DNA of 63,983 nt, filler included, from Lenisia limosa (lineage: Eukaryota; Protista; Breviatea): the NCBI GenBank assembly GCA_001655205.1. It is 16 parts of 16 records of this genome, joined end to end, with 100 filler letters (N's around TTAATTAATTAA, not from the genome) between each part and the next. Parts side by side here need not be neighbours in the genome. Positions count along the whole stretch, not along the records: positions 1 to 3,498 come from LPNZ01006852.1; positions 3,599 to 15,177 come from LPNZ01009066.1; 14 more parts are not named here. The stretch is one strand, 5' to 3'. Positions 1 through 12,922 of the stretch are shown here, piece after piece (the stretch's first letter is position 1; the number at the start of each line of letters is the position of its first letter). The position numbers were made by a program, and so were the translations under genes. The notes beneath the pieces were generated by a model. That model was not told the origin of the DNA, ran no database searches, and saw only the letters and a list, made by a program, of their open reading frames with translations.

Positions 1-277
1 ATTCATTACTATTTATTCAGTGACATTCAAAATCGCTAGATCTTCATGATCTGTTTCCATTCAGGACTTTATTGCAAAATAAAACCAATATCTCCAGATA
101 ACCACCTTATTATTTTTGTTTCTCAGTGCTATACTTATTTTTCATAAAACGTAAGTCTTCATTTCTGTTCGAAAAAAAGACTGAATTTCTCGATAAATCC
201 TCAAAAACTATCGATAGTTTAGTGTTTTTTTTTTATACCGAAGTGAAGCCCAAATAATCACAAAGTCACCTTTCCAG

Positions 278-895
278 GAGGTACCTCCACTAATGACATG
301 TCCTATTTCCAAGGTCATCATGAAAGACCCCGTGTTGGCCTCCGATGGACACTCGTGTATGCTAAGGGGTTCACTGTACGGGAATATATTAGTAATTCAA
401 TATTTGTCAATATTTATCGTGACTTATCTTGATTGATCGAGGCCTTATTGATAAAGCAGTATTTGTAGAAAACTCCTCGATAAGTATACGTGATAGTGTT
501 TTTACTCAATTCCTCTTACTCAGTTCACTGCTTCAGATGAGCGATCCGCAATTGAGAGCTTTTTCGAAACTTTTTCGTGAGGGGGGGGGGGNNNNNNNNN
601 NNNNNNNNNNNNNNNNNNNNNNNNNNNNNNNNNNNNNNNNNNNNNNNNNNNNNNNNNNNNNNNNNNNNNNNNNNNNNNNNNNNNNNNNNNNNNNAAATAG
701 ATTGAAAAGATTCAAAATATATCAAACATAAATATGTATATCGAGAATTTATCGAGAAATTCAGTCTTGTTCTGGATTGAAGTGAAGCCCTAGCTACCGT
801 GACCAGTTTTAGCGAGCCTCTATCCCCAATTGCGCACACGCCTTTCACGTCGCGAGCACTTTTGTCAAACCGTGCGTTACAGTCCATGATACAGA
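278..895 (+). CDS. U-box domain protein (partial, 3 exons)
   Basis: Exons 278-356, 537-576 and 813-895 splice in phase to EVPPLMTCPISKVIMKDPVLASDGHSYERSAIESFFETFSEPLSPIAHTPFTSRALLSNRALQSMIQ, matching the U-box pattern CPI..IM.DPV...GHSYER.AI. Confidence 0.85.
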
Positions 896-1919
896 GTGGG
901 TACCCCAGGATTATACTGATATAATTAGTAGTATTATAGGACTGGTACATCAATCTCTTATATATTATTGATACATGATATAGTATCAGATGCGGTGTTG
1001 CAGAAGCGACTGGCTGGGCTTTGTTTTGTTGAATAGAGTTGATTTTGGGCTTAATTTTTTGTTTAGCATTATTTCGAAATTTATCCCCNNNNNNNNNNNN
1101 NNNNNNNNNNNNNNNNNNNNNNNNNNNNNNNNNNNNNNNNNNNNNNNNNNNNNNNNNNNNNNNNNNNNNNNNNNNNNNNNNNNNNNNNNNNNNNNNNNNN
1201 NNNNNNNNNNNNNNNNNNNNNNNNNNNNNNNNTGAGTGAAATACAAGGAAGTTTTAAATGGAAATTGGGGATGGGGAACATCTTCTGATGTTATTTTCTT
1301 GATGCCGATGTTATTGTCTTCAGATTCCGACGATACGATGTTTTTTGGCAGTTTTCAGAGGTTTGGGGCTCTGAGAGAGGAGTGTTACTCATATGCCGTT
1401 TCTTCACTTTCAGAAATTCGGTTTGACCTTGAGCCAAATACATTCCCTCCAGTCTCCCCCATGAAAAGATCATTTGAAAAGTGCAAATCATGTAGAGTAT
1501 CCCATGCAAATCGGAGAAATTCGAAAAGAGTATCAACAGTATCAACACACCAGTTTTTATAGCAGAGAAATAAAAAATGGTTGTATCGCCGAAGCCGTCC
1601 ACACCATCACGCATATAAGATATTGGATTAATACTAATATATGCCCAATCATCTGCCTTACAGCTCTGTGCACACTGCTTTCTGCAACTACGTTTGAATC
1701 CCTCCTTCGAGAGACCATACAATATAATATACATTCTTTTAATTTACATGGGGTTGAGCGCTATCCTAGTCTTGACTTTCATCTTCATGGGTTCGCTCTA
1801 AAGGGTGACTTATTTTACAGCACGGCTTCAGCCATGGATTCATGACTATTTATCGAGGACACTGGGAGAGGATTTCTTGTTCTTGAAATTTTTTACCCCA
1901 TTACCCCACCTCGGATTCT

Positions 1920-3271
1920 TCAGTCTAAAAAGTTACGATGAGAGAGAGAGAGAGAGAGAGGGTGTTGGAAAATTATGAAACAAAGAAAGAGCCAAGAATC
2001 AACTTTGTTAACGAGGGTTGAAAACAACAAAACAAACAAAGTCCAGGCCAGTCGCTTCTGCAGCCCCGCATTCCATACTTGAGACCCAAAGACGGCCACT
2101 CCAAAGTGGAAGAGGAGATATAGTAAATGGTGATATTGGAAATGGAGATGAAGATTGTGATAGGGTTAAATAACAATATATACCTGGGGTTGCGGGGGGG
2201 CAGGACCCGTAAGTGGCTCAGCAGAGCGCTTGGTTTTGACTTTCATAACCATTGGTCTGGGTGGGGGGTTAGAGAATTTATGTAAAAATAACAATACAGC
2301 AAAACGAAGAACACCTAATTATCTCGTCTTCCAATATCTCGTCTTCCAATAGTCTTCTATTATCTCGTGCTTCATTTTCACAAACACAATAACACTCTGA
2401 AGGCTCTCTGACACGCCCCCCCCCCCACTCTGAAGGCTCTGACACAGCTTTCGATTCTGTTGACTTGTCTTTAACCTGCATGGTTGTCCTGGGGGGGGGG
2501 GNNNNNNNNNNNNNNNNNNNNNNNNNNNNNNNNNNNNNNNNNNNNNNNNNNNNNNNNNNNNNNNNNNNNNNNNNNNNNNNNNNNNNNNNNNNNNNNNNNN
2601 NNNNNNNNTCAACGGGGGTTAACCGTGGACAAAAAGGGGTGTAAAAATGGACGAAACATGACGGTGCAAGAATCCTACGAAATTAGCATATGGAAATCCT
2701 ATGGCTTCCCTACGGTCCCAAACAAGGCTGTATTTATCGATAAATCCTCGATAAATATCGATATTGTACAGCTCTTTTTGTACCGTAGGGAAGCCCCAAC
2801 GTGTCCCCAGGGATCGAAAAAGGCCGAAAAAATCTCGACAATTATTGACAATTTATCCATTCTCTTGGGCCGAAGTGAAAGCCAAGCACTTAATAACATA
2901 CTCGGGGGCCTCCGGAGAAGGCTTGGTTTTGACCTTCATTGTCATGCTCACGGGTTGGGGGGTTCTGGAGGGTTATTGAATTCGGGCTTATTTTGAATCG
3001 TGGGTTTTTATCAACTCTGTCGGCTGACAACACAAGAGGGTTGAAAACAACTTAACAAAGCCCAGCAGTCGCTTCTGCAGCAATGCATCCCATCACGAGA
3101 GTGGGCTCGATGCAACTCATTGCAAAAGCCGACCTTTGATTTTTTCATTTTGTTACCCCCCCCCCCCCCACTCCTTGCTGTCATCTCGTCGTTTCGCCAG
3201 TTTGCTTTTCCTCTCAGCAGCCTTCTCCAGAGCTTCAAGGTAGAGCGGTTTGGCCACAAATAAGGGCAGGC
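1920..3271 (-). CDS. Hypothetical Lys/Pro/Ser-rich protein with short repeats (partial, multi-exon)
   Basis: Phase-compatible GT-AG exons: GLPLFVAKPLYLEALEKAAERKSKLAKRRDDSK, NPQPVSMTMKVKTKPSPEAP, TTMQVKDKSTESKAVSEPS, PMVMKVKTKRSAEPLTGPAPRNP. No family recognised and one gap intervenes. Confidence 0.45.
1925..2078 (-). repeat. Family A repeat making up most of a 154-nt intron
   Basis: GTATGGAATGCGGGGCTGCAGAAGCGACTGGCCTGGACTTTG...GTTTCATAATTTTCC-(CT)n-TTTAG. Confidence 0.7.
2965..3096 (-). repeat. Family A repeat spanning a whole 132-nt intron
   Basis: Intron starts GTGATGGGATGCATTGCTGCAGAAGCGACTG, continues CAACCCTCTTGTGTTGTCAGCCGACAGAGTTGAT and ends CCCTCCAG. Confidence 0.7.
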
Positions 3272-3542
3272 CTGGGGGGGAGGAGGGGATTGATCAGGTT
3301 GTGAAGGGGGGTGGCAGAAAAGACGGTTGATATAGTGATAAAGTGGTATTCTTTATGAACAAAAGTAAAACAATAAAAGGTAGCTTTTGCTATTAATTGC
3401 ACCGATCACCAACTATCAAGTAGGCAAATGATTGGGTGAATTATTATTTTGTAATCCAATCTCTGAGCCGTATCCCGCTTCAATACCCCCCCCCCCCCNN
3501 NNNNNNNNNNNNNNNNNNNNNNNNNNNNNNNNNNNNNNNNNN

Positions 3543-3554
3543 TTAATTAATTAA
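3543..3554. other. Artificial scaffold linker TTAATTAATTAA flanked by ~44 N each side (first of 15)
   Basis: Identical 12-mer with stops in all six frames inside 100-nt N blocks at 3543, 15222, 16895, 24283, 27360, 28882, 32895, 40423, 46321, 47839, 49591, 54312, 57019, 61082 and 62639. Adjacency across these linkers has no biological meaning. Confidence 0.97.
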
Positions 3555-3598
3555 NNNNNNNNNNNNNNNNNNNNNNNNNNNNNNNNNNNNNNNNNNNN

Positions 3599-5251
3599 GG
3601 ACCAACGTGGGTCATTAGAACAATCTGATCATCATCTTGGAGATATCCATAGCCGGCTGGTGGGTTGGCAGGATCGAAGTCTCTGGAGGGTGAGGTGCTG
3701 CTCTGCTTGGTTCGAATAAAGGTAAAATGTAAATCTACATATGATATGCGTGTGTTTCGAAAACCAATTATAATTTCGTTTTCAGGTGATTTAATATGCG
3801 CAAACAAGAAGGACATAATCATCCACATACTTATTAACAGCGGGGTGTTGAAAGGGTACTGCCACTCCGGGCTGAACCACAATTATATCTTCTAGTAGAT
3901 GCTCTAGAACTTTTGCAATCTCTTCTTCCGTCTTGTACGGATAACCTGTCGTATTAATCCACCGAATCATTTTGAAAGCACTGTACCCCCGCCCCCCAAA
4001 CCATCCCAAAAAACGGACCCGTCATCAAGAACTGAGGGGCCTGACCCTCCAAAACCAATCAAAACTAATCCGGGTGCTAACCGAACAGCCCTAACAAGTG
4101 AAATAAAAAGTCATTTATGAATGCTAATAGAGTTATCAACTGACTATCAGTGGCTTCACAAGGCCCCTTTCGAACCTCAAATGTACGTTATACGACTTCG
4201 GAGATGCAGTGGTCGGTTTCGGGTGAAACATTTCGGGAATATCGTGATTGCCTGTTACAGCATGAGCTCGCGTGTTGTCAGGTAATAAAGATAATAAGAT
4301 ATTTGTTTACTTCATTCGAAAAGGCCATTAAAAATTGATGTTAAAACGGTCTTCGCTAAGATATCCCGATTTTTCGTTGGACCGAAGGGAGCCCATAATT
4401 GCAATCTGTAAAGCTTGATAGTGGCTTCAACCAGACCAGATATAACCTTTTTCCTGGCTGCTCACCAGGTATATAGAATATGACATTTGAAGCAAACGTC
4501 AACTCAAAGAACATTGCTGCTACCTCAGAATGTCCTTTTACAAGAACCTAAATTGTCAGATAAATCAGCTCTTGACGCAATTTTATAATTATTAGAAGAG
4601 GAAAAGCAACATTCCACCAAAGGAATCTTTGTATAACGAGGAAAAACAGAAAACAATTATTTTTCTTTCGAATGTATGCCAATACCCCCCCCCCCCTCCT
4701 CCTTGTCATCTCCAGCTCACATCCAAGTCTTTCATTTCCGGCTCTTTGAGGGTGAGCATATCGCCACAGCAGAGAATAACGGTGCGGAAGGCCTCATTTT
4801 CATTGATCTGAGTGTGAGGAAAGCAAACTTAACTTGTGGCATTGGCAAACCCAACAAAATCCATGTTTTTAACCGGGATAAATAAGAAGGACATACACTC
4901 CATTTTTGGGGTGTGTGGATTGTATGTGTGGATAAAGAGCGCTCCACTCACCTTTGTTTGGAGTGCGACACAGTTCTCAATCGCGGAGTGAATGTCTGTA
5001 ACAACAATCATTCTCAACTCCTTGGTGTCATCAAAGTTAACATGTTCCCCCAGATAGAACGGGGTCAGCCCTGTGAAGGTAAGTCGCGTAAAGGAGGTCT
5101 GTGCCAGCTTCTTAAAAGAGAAAATTGGGAATCATGAAATCAATGGAACAAATTTGAATTCATCACGATCCCTCCACAAACCAGCTGAGGTTACTGATGG
5201 CAACACAGAGTCAGACTTAGAATAGTAGTCCCCTGGCTCGAGAGGTTGCAT
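3599..5251 (-). CDS. Calcineurin-like metallophosphoesterase (3' end cut by scaffold end)
   Basis: Spliced exons carry the ordered motifs IVVTDIH, ILCCGDM, YIPGNHD, LIGFGGS and IVLMTHVGP. Putative ATG at 5251. Confidence 0.85.
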
Positions 5252-6032
5252 GATGATTGCGGGTGTTCCTCCCCGCTGAGTGCTTGTAATTTAAATGAAA
5301 ATTTTTTATTTGCTGAAACCTTCAGGTTATTAAGAGGTTTGTTGTGTGCTTTTTGCCACTCAATTCTTGTAAAAGAGGGTTGGTTTTGGTTTTGTGATTT
5401 GCAAGAAAGAACTGATCCACACGATCAGCATCGACTTTTGTCGCGTGATTTCCAATGAAACTTCCTTTTGGATAGTTAGTTTCCATTCTCTTTTTTAAAT
5501 ACTGCTTCCACTAAATTGAGGGATGAGAAGAATGCGGAAGAGCGTTTGCTGAGAAGCTGTTCTTTTCTGCAAGGCTACCTCAGCCCTTTTTGCGATCTAA
5601 ATATGGTAAAAACCCAAAGTATGTTACATGATGACACCTAGTAGCGAACAATATCCTCTCACTACCTCAGGAACAGAAGATGTTGATCCAGTTGCCCAAC
5701 TTTGTAGCAGGATTCTCACAACAGAACCCTCCTCCATCAGCGCTTGTGGTATGCTGATAATAAATTGCTATGAGGTTCTATTGACTTAACATTTGTCCCA
5801 TATTTTGCTGTCTTATTGGTTGCCATGCTCACCTTTTTCGCATATCACCGACAATTTTTGGTATTTTGTCGATATCGATGAATTATCATTCTCCACATAT
5901 GTTAAACTGCTGATTTCAACATTGAACCACTCCACTTGGTATTGGCAGTGTTTGAGATTGCAATTTTTCATTATAAATTACCGTAATCAAGGCACTGGTA
6001 TTCTATCATGGCTATATTAACCCTTTTTTTAG

Positions 6033-7594
6033 AGATGGACAGTCCCGAAATCATGAATCGACTCCCCGAGGTCATTGAGGCCATTTCAAATGCTGGAGTC
6101 CGAACAGTTGACTTCTCGGGTTTGACGGGAGTATTAGCGTGCTGAATGGTCTTGAGGATTGTGAATAAAGAAAACATGTATTCGTGTCCTTCTTTAGAAG
6201 GTGATTGTTGATTTTATTTTGTACGACAAGGGTTCAGCATTATTACATGAAATAAACCCACTTTAAAAACATGATTAATATCATTTTCTACTTATATCAC
6301 CAGGAATTACGATCACGACCGAGTATATGACTCTAATCGCGAACAAACTAATCCTGACCAATGTGCTAAAGACTTGTGACTTGTCAAGTATGACTGTACT
6401 ATTCATCGACAATAAAATGATTGTCTCTTCGAACTTCCATAAGTAACAAATTTGTTTTTATATTCGACATGTTTTGTCTTGTAACATCTTTTCAATGAGA
6501 TATCGTCAATTTCACCTCTGTCTTACCAATTCTTGAGTTGTCTAACCAACCACAGTGACAGAAATCGGGCCCAAACACATTCACATTCTTGCCAATTGTC
6601 TTGCACGAAATGTTTCCGTTGTCAACCTTAGCCTTGCTGGTTGGGATGGGATGGGTTCCGTGAAGATAAGCGATTTTGAGAAACTTTTTTTTTGGATGGT
6701 CTTCCGTTCGGGATTTTAATCGCCATTAATCACAAAATGAGTAAATTTTTATTTCACTTCATCAGTCACCCATCCAAGAGCTGAGTCACAATTTTCCTCA
6801 CATTTCATCAGAATCAGCCCCACCCCCTTCAGTAAACAATCTAGGGAATTGGATCGGACCTGATGGCGCCAAATATTTAATAAATGCCTTGAAGGAGAAT
6901 AAGACTATTCAGAGCATTTCTGTTTCGGGTTGGTGGGATGTAGTGGAACTGGAATATTGAAACCATCTTCTAGCTGTTGCCATGGCGTATAATTTAGTGA
7001 ATGTACTATAGCATATAGCTATATCATATCATATATTATACATGTAATATATATATTTTTTTACAAGAGTTTGTAATAATGTAATTGTTCAAGAATAGTC
7101 AACTTTCGACTGTATTTTAGGTTTAGGCTTTCTAATAATATTGCAGGCCTTGATGTGGGGCCTTTTGGAGTGGAATATTTACAGCATGAAGACTTACAGC
7201 CAGATGAATGTTATGAACTTCCATCATTGTTTTACGTATGTGAGGATGTTTTGTTTTGAATAGTCAATCATCTTTCACAAAACTCTTTTGTTTTAGCCTC
7301 CCTGGGCTTTGTTTGGTTTTTGTTCTTATTTAACTCTTGTGTATTTCCCAATGCTTGGCAAACAGAGGTGATTCTGGGGGGGTTGCTTCACTATTTTCCA
7401 TTTTTACTTCATGTTTTGTACCTTTACGCCAATTCTCCGTTTGACGCCCCACAGCCTCCCTCCAACCTCGGACTACGTGTGACTCGTCAAGGCTGTGCCA
7501 TCCCCTGGCTCAAGAACGTCATCGAGAAGAACGCTTCCAACCAGTGGCGGCTCAAGGTCCATGCCTTCGTCTTGGCGGCTCGCGTTCCAGTGGG
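6033..7594 (+). CDS. RNI-like leucine-rich-repeat protein (partial)
   Basis: Exons read TEIGPKHIHILANCLARNVSVVNLSLA and GNWIGPDGAKYLINALKENKTIQSISVS, typical ribonuclease-inhibitor-class LRRs. Upstream exons probably lie from ~5460 but were not resolved. Confidence 0.7.
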
Positions 7595-8983
7595 ANNNNN
7601 NNNNNGATATTTGTGTAGTCATTTTTACATAGCATGAATGTTCATTTTAGCGTTTCCATCGGTCCACAAAATATTATTTATATTCCTTTCCATCAGTTGT
7701 TGGAATATTATCACACTATGAACTGAAAACAGATTGCTGCTCGACAGATGTTCCAAACCATGTCAAAAAGCGGCATCAAAGAAACCTGTCCTGAGTCATT
7801 ACTTGTATGAGAAATGAGACTCGAAGACTCTTGAGAAAAAGACATGATCGAAGCTAATTGTTTTTTTAGGACTTCCTTGGGCACCCTTCCCTCTGTCATC
7901 AATGCGAAGAGCAATTCTTCCATCATCCAATGATCTTGCGACTCTTCAAAGACAGCAAAGTGAGAAATGTGCCAGTCATTTAGGTCCACTATTTTTCATT
8001 TCGAGGAACAATTCATTTTGATTCCGAGCAATTATTATGACAATTCAATCATCACTATTTAGATCACAACAATTGAGTTTTGCAGTCAGCACTGCTTGGG
8101 TAATTTCCCCAAATCAAAAAAGAACTTTATCACCACCGGAAGAATACAGTGGTAGTTGTTTGAAATAGTCATACGAGTGGTATGATTAGAATGGTGTTTT
8201 TGTTTTGGGCTTTAGGTTTGTACGTTATGTGTGAAGGTGTATTATCTTGGAGGAATAATACCTAATGATGCATTTGCTAGATATGATTGTATTGTGTTAT
8301 TTAGCCAGGGATTGTGGAGCTATTGGGCTACAGTAAATGCATTTGGTTTGGGATAAAGGGATAACAATAATACTTCGTATGGGTGGGGGCCCTGTGGTTC
8401 AGACCTTCACTTCTATTACGATATTTCTCAAATATGTAGATAATTAAGTTTTATAAGACATACTCGATCGAATACAGCAAATTAAATTTGAACCTTGATG
8501 ACTGACCACTCTTGGAAACTGGTCTCTGTTTACATTTTATCAAGCCTTGGAATACAGACAAAATCTTTATTTATAAGTCGTTGAAGTTAGGTCATTTAAC
8601 GACTAAGATTGTCTCATTTACCATCAACAAGAATATCTTGTCCCACAACTGGACTAAAACAACTTAAAAACAATACATGAACATGAACGAAGAAGAAGAA
8701 GGGAAGGAAGATTAGAGGTTACTTTCTCAATTGTGTAAATCCTTGGAATGTGTCAATTCACGGACAGTGGAAAATTAAACTAGTCGATGACGTCATTTTC
8801 TGTCAAACCCTCGCAGACCAGCGTGAATGCAAGATATTTTGGATCTTCGTAACCCCATTATTTTTCAGTATTTTGCACATTTTTCTGGAATCGGAATCCT
8901 GGAATCAGAAGGTTTAGTTAGATTTCTATATCGATTTTAAAACGTGTAACAAAACAAGAAGTTTACAGAGTTACGTTTTCAAA

Positions 8984-11900
8984 ATGGTAGTTTTTCTATT
9001 GTGTAGTCGGCTTACCTGTTTAGTCCTATCTTAGACGCCAGTATGACAATCAGCGAGCTAGAGAACAAGAACAAGACTTTAGGAACAGAGTATGAAATGT
9101 TCACTAAATTATTTTGTTACTCTGTAGGACTTGAGAAAGGCAGTTGAGAGGGATCAGCTGGTTATATCGAATTCTAAGTCTGATGAAAGGGTTGAACATC
9201 GCAGACGCGTTATGTATGTGGTTTTCATGGGCGTTTTTCTTTTTTTAAGTGGTCGTTTTGGTTTATTCCCCTAGTGGTCACCATCAATACTCCAAAGAAG
9301 CAGAGATGGAACGGCAGATAGAGGAGGTTTGAAGGGCAAAGTTTCGGCAGTTGATCCTGTGAGTGCCCCTCAGTCCTCTCCTAAGCCTCACTTGATTCTG
9401 TTATTTTTATATTTATCGAATTGAACACGAATTTCTTGGGTTTTTCATTTAGCCGTCTCCACCAGAATAACTATTCTTTTTAGAGAAGGCAAAAAAGAGA
9501 GCGCATGAAGGAAGAGAGGGAAGAAGATGAAAGAATTGGTAGGAAGTTGGTTATGTATTGATGATTAGTTTCCCTTTTGTGTCAATCGCATTCCTTTTTT
9601 TTTTGAAATTACTGTATCATCAACCTTTACCTAGTTTGCCCCATACCCTTTCCTAAATAGTCGTCCTTGTGACCTTCTCACCTTTAGTCCTTATCACAAT
9701 TACAATGATAACTTCCTCGTCATTATTTCAATTCACTCCGCTACAGCTGCCGCACTCCAGGCCCAGAGGGACGAGCGCCTCAAGGAAGAGAAATTGATCC
9801 AGCTTGTTCGAGAGGAGAGCGAGGAGATCAGAGCACTGGAGAGCAAGCTTCGTGCCGCCGCAATGGTGCGTGATGGGTGGAGGGGTGGTGGAGTATTTTT
9901 GACTATAGAGAAGCAAAATTAAAAGACAGATCCCGAAATAACGCAAATATCAAACAGTTATGAAACACGGGATAAACACTGGAAAGTATGTATGCAATGA
10001 TGCATTTAGATGAAAGGAAGAGCTGCACAGCTTGAGCAGGTACAGCTCCAGAAGGAAATTGAGAAGGTATTCCTAAGTAGTTGAAAGGAGTAGCGTTAAC
10101 TCTTCGCAGGTTGAGCAAGAGGCCCTCTCTCGCGAGTGGGAAGCCCAGGCCAAGGCTGCTGATGAGAAGGAGTCTAAGCTGGTGGGTGGGTATTCATTTC
10201 AAGTTGAATGGGAACATTATTCTTTGTGTGATTTTTTTTTTTAACATACTATTCACTGCTGCGTTGTATTTTATTCCTGTTTTACTCCGTACTAGGCCCA
10301 AGAGCGCCTTGTGAAAATGCATCACGGCAGGCTTGAACTTGAGGAACAGATCCAGATGAAGGAGCATGAGGCTTATCTCGAGGAACAAAGAGTGAGTGGG
10401 GGGGGGGGNNNNNNNNNNNNNNNNNNNNNNNNNNNNNNNNNNNNNNNNNNNNNNNNNNNNNNNNNNNNNNNNNNTATAGTTCACGAATAATTGCAAAATA
10501 ATTGAGCTAATCCACTTTGTGTTTCAGTTTTTGTTTCATAAACCACCCCACTCACGCTATTCCCTCTAATGTGCTATTTAGAAAGCCAGCGAATTGAAGG
10601 AAGTAGAGGAGGTGGTTCAAAGAATGAGAGAACAGGAGGAGGCGTAGGAGGGAGGATTCTCTTTACAAAAAACAAGTGCTGTTGTGTCTGGATATACTTG
10701 AGATCCTTCGTTCACCTCACAGTGAAATGACGCGCCATCTCCTGAAGAAGGAAGAAGACAAGCGGTTCATTAACGAGTATCTTGATCAACGTCGTGAGGT
10801 CAAGGAGGCTGAGGCTCGCGAACTCAAATTGGAGGTATGGGGAAGGTAAAACTGGAAAATAGGTGTTATTCACATTGGAGGTGAGAGTATGAGGATTTTT
10901 TATTTTATATGGAGACTTGTTGCCTTCTCCACCCATGTTACTATTATACTGTGGATCTATACAACTGTGTGCTATGCGGATCTATATGCTAAGTGTTGGC
11001 TTTTCTCCACCATTCATCATTCTTTTTTTTTACTCAACTTTACATTGGTATGATTTTTCGGAGGTTTACCTTGGACTTATATTTCGGTAAAATAAGGCGG
11101 GGTATTTACGTTTTAGGACGAGCGAATTATGAAGTATGCGAAGCAGCAGGCTGCCCGTGCGAACCAACAGGCCGAATACAAAGAAATTCTCCAGCAAGAG
11201 AAGGACGCTATTTACGCCATGGTTGGTTTCGTGGTGACAGGCTGTTGTTCAGTCTTGGTTATTACGTCTATCAGTTTTTATTTCTGAATATAGTAGTATA
11301 TACCTGTGAGTGTTAGGTTATGTTGCTCATACATCTCTGAAAAAAGAAATATATCCCTGGGTAACTCGCCTGTTATTCTGAGATATATTCATTTGTTCCC
11401 TCTTACCGTGCCGCACAGTTGTCGTCGGATATGCAGAGACGTGAAATGGAGCTTGCAGCCCTTGAGGAACTTCGCTTGGTCCTGTCTGAGGATATCGTTT
11501 CCAAGGAATGGGCATCAAGAGAGAAGGTGGGGGGGGGGGTGGAGAGTATTTCTGTAATCATGTTTTCTGTGTCGTTTAATTGAAACAGGCACTTCTTGAG
11601 AAACAGGAGAAACTTCGCACTGAAATGGTGAGGGGACGAAATAGTCATATAAAAGGGAGCTGAATAAAGTGTGATTCCCGAAAAGCAATTACCTGTGTGA
11701 AAATTGGGAGTTATGGATTAAATTCTATGAATTCAAATAACCCTCATAGTATACCAGTGGTGGTGAAGTACCTACTAATACGTTACCAACGTGTAGGTTG
11801 TTGCCAACAACATTGCACGTGAGGAGAAGAAGAAGAGGCAGGAGAAGGAGCAGAGAGATGAAGAGAACATCAGAATCCAAATGATGGAGAAGATGGCGGA

Positions 11901-12922
11901 AGACGATAGAATTGAGCAGCTCAATCAACAAAAGAGGCGCATGAAACAAGTTTGTCGGCATACTCCCCCCTTTGTACCTTTTTTTCATTTAGTCATGATG
12001 CTTTTTGTCAGATGCCAACCAAAATCATCACTACTATTATAGAGAAAAAATCGAGATATTCATATATATTACATGCTTCGCAAACCTGTGTATTCAATCC
12101 TATTATCATTTAAGCAAAGAAATCTGTTATTTGATGAGTCGTTGGCAACAACCGCCTTAACCTTCATTTCAGCTTCTGATTTCCCTTTAGGCGGAGCACC
12201 GTCGTGAGGTTGAGACCATCATGCAAATCAGACGACAGGCGGCCGTGGAGGAAGAGGAGAAGATCCAAAGAGAGATGAATATGAACAAAGAAGTTCGTGG
12301 ATGGATTGGATTGCCCGTTCTTTTAGTATTTTCCAATATTGTTAATCTTAGTATCTGCCCATTCACCGCCACCCCCTGCAGATGGAAGAGTTCAAGCTAC
12401 GTATTATCGAGAAGGAGCGTCAACGTCTCATTAAGGAGTATGTACCTGAAGTAATCGACTATTTACCTAAGGTTGGAGGGAAAACCATCTTCTAATAGGA
12501 AATAGGGTTATAATGAGGGCTTCACTTCGGTTCAAAAAAGATTGGTAAAATATCGATAGTTTTGGAGGATTTATCGAGAAAGTCGAACTGAAGTGAAGCC
12601 CTTGTCATAATTCCTTTTTTCGTTTGGAGGAACACCCGTTTCAATCTGCTCTTTTGTCATGCAATATCAAAAACTATGAGGATACCCATTACCCCGCAGG
12701 GTGTGCTTTCAAGTGAGAAAGACATTTCGCTTCTTCCCCAAAACATGCAAAGTCAGTTACGAGGACAGGTGAGCCAGGTCGTTACCAATAATACCAGAAA
12801 GTATCCTGATTGTAGATTTACATTATTCATCCATCTTTCCCTTTACCCCTCAGGTTGAAACCCAGCAGCCAGGGCCCGCCACTCCAATCCGCAAGGCCCA
12901 AACCTCAACAAGGCCTTGGTAG
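8984..12922 (+). CDS. MNS1: MNS1 (meiosis-specific nuclear structural protein 1, axonemal microtubule inner protein), many short exons
   Basis: Coiled-coil exons include VREESEEIRALESKLRAAAM, MMEKMAEDDRIEQLNQQKRRMKQAEHRREVE and IIEKERQRLIKEYVPEVIDYLPKGVLSSEKDISLL, which match MNS1 hallmarks. ATG 8984, TAG 12920-12922. Confidence 0.88.

Noticed and set aside
3543-3554. TTAATTAATTAA palindrome recurring 15 times as a biological motif
   Set aside because: Always centred in a 100-nt N block. It is a six-frame-stop concatenation linker.
4676-4885. PA-domain-like AENNGAEGLIFID on the plus strand
   Set aside because: The minus strand encodes the ordered metallophosphoesterase motifs (ILCCGD) in phase with neighbouring exons.
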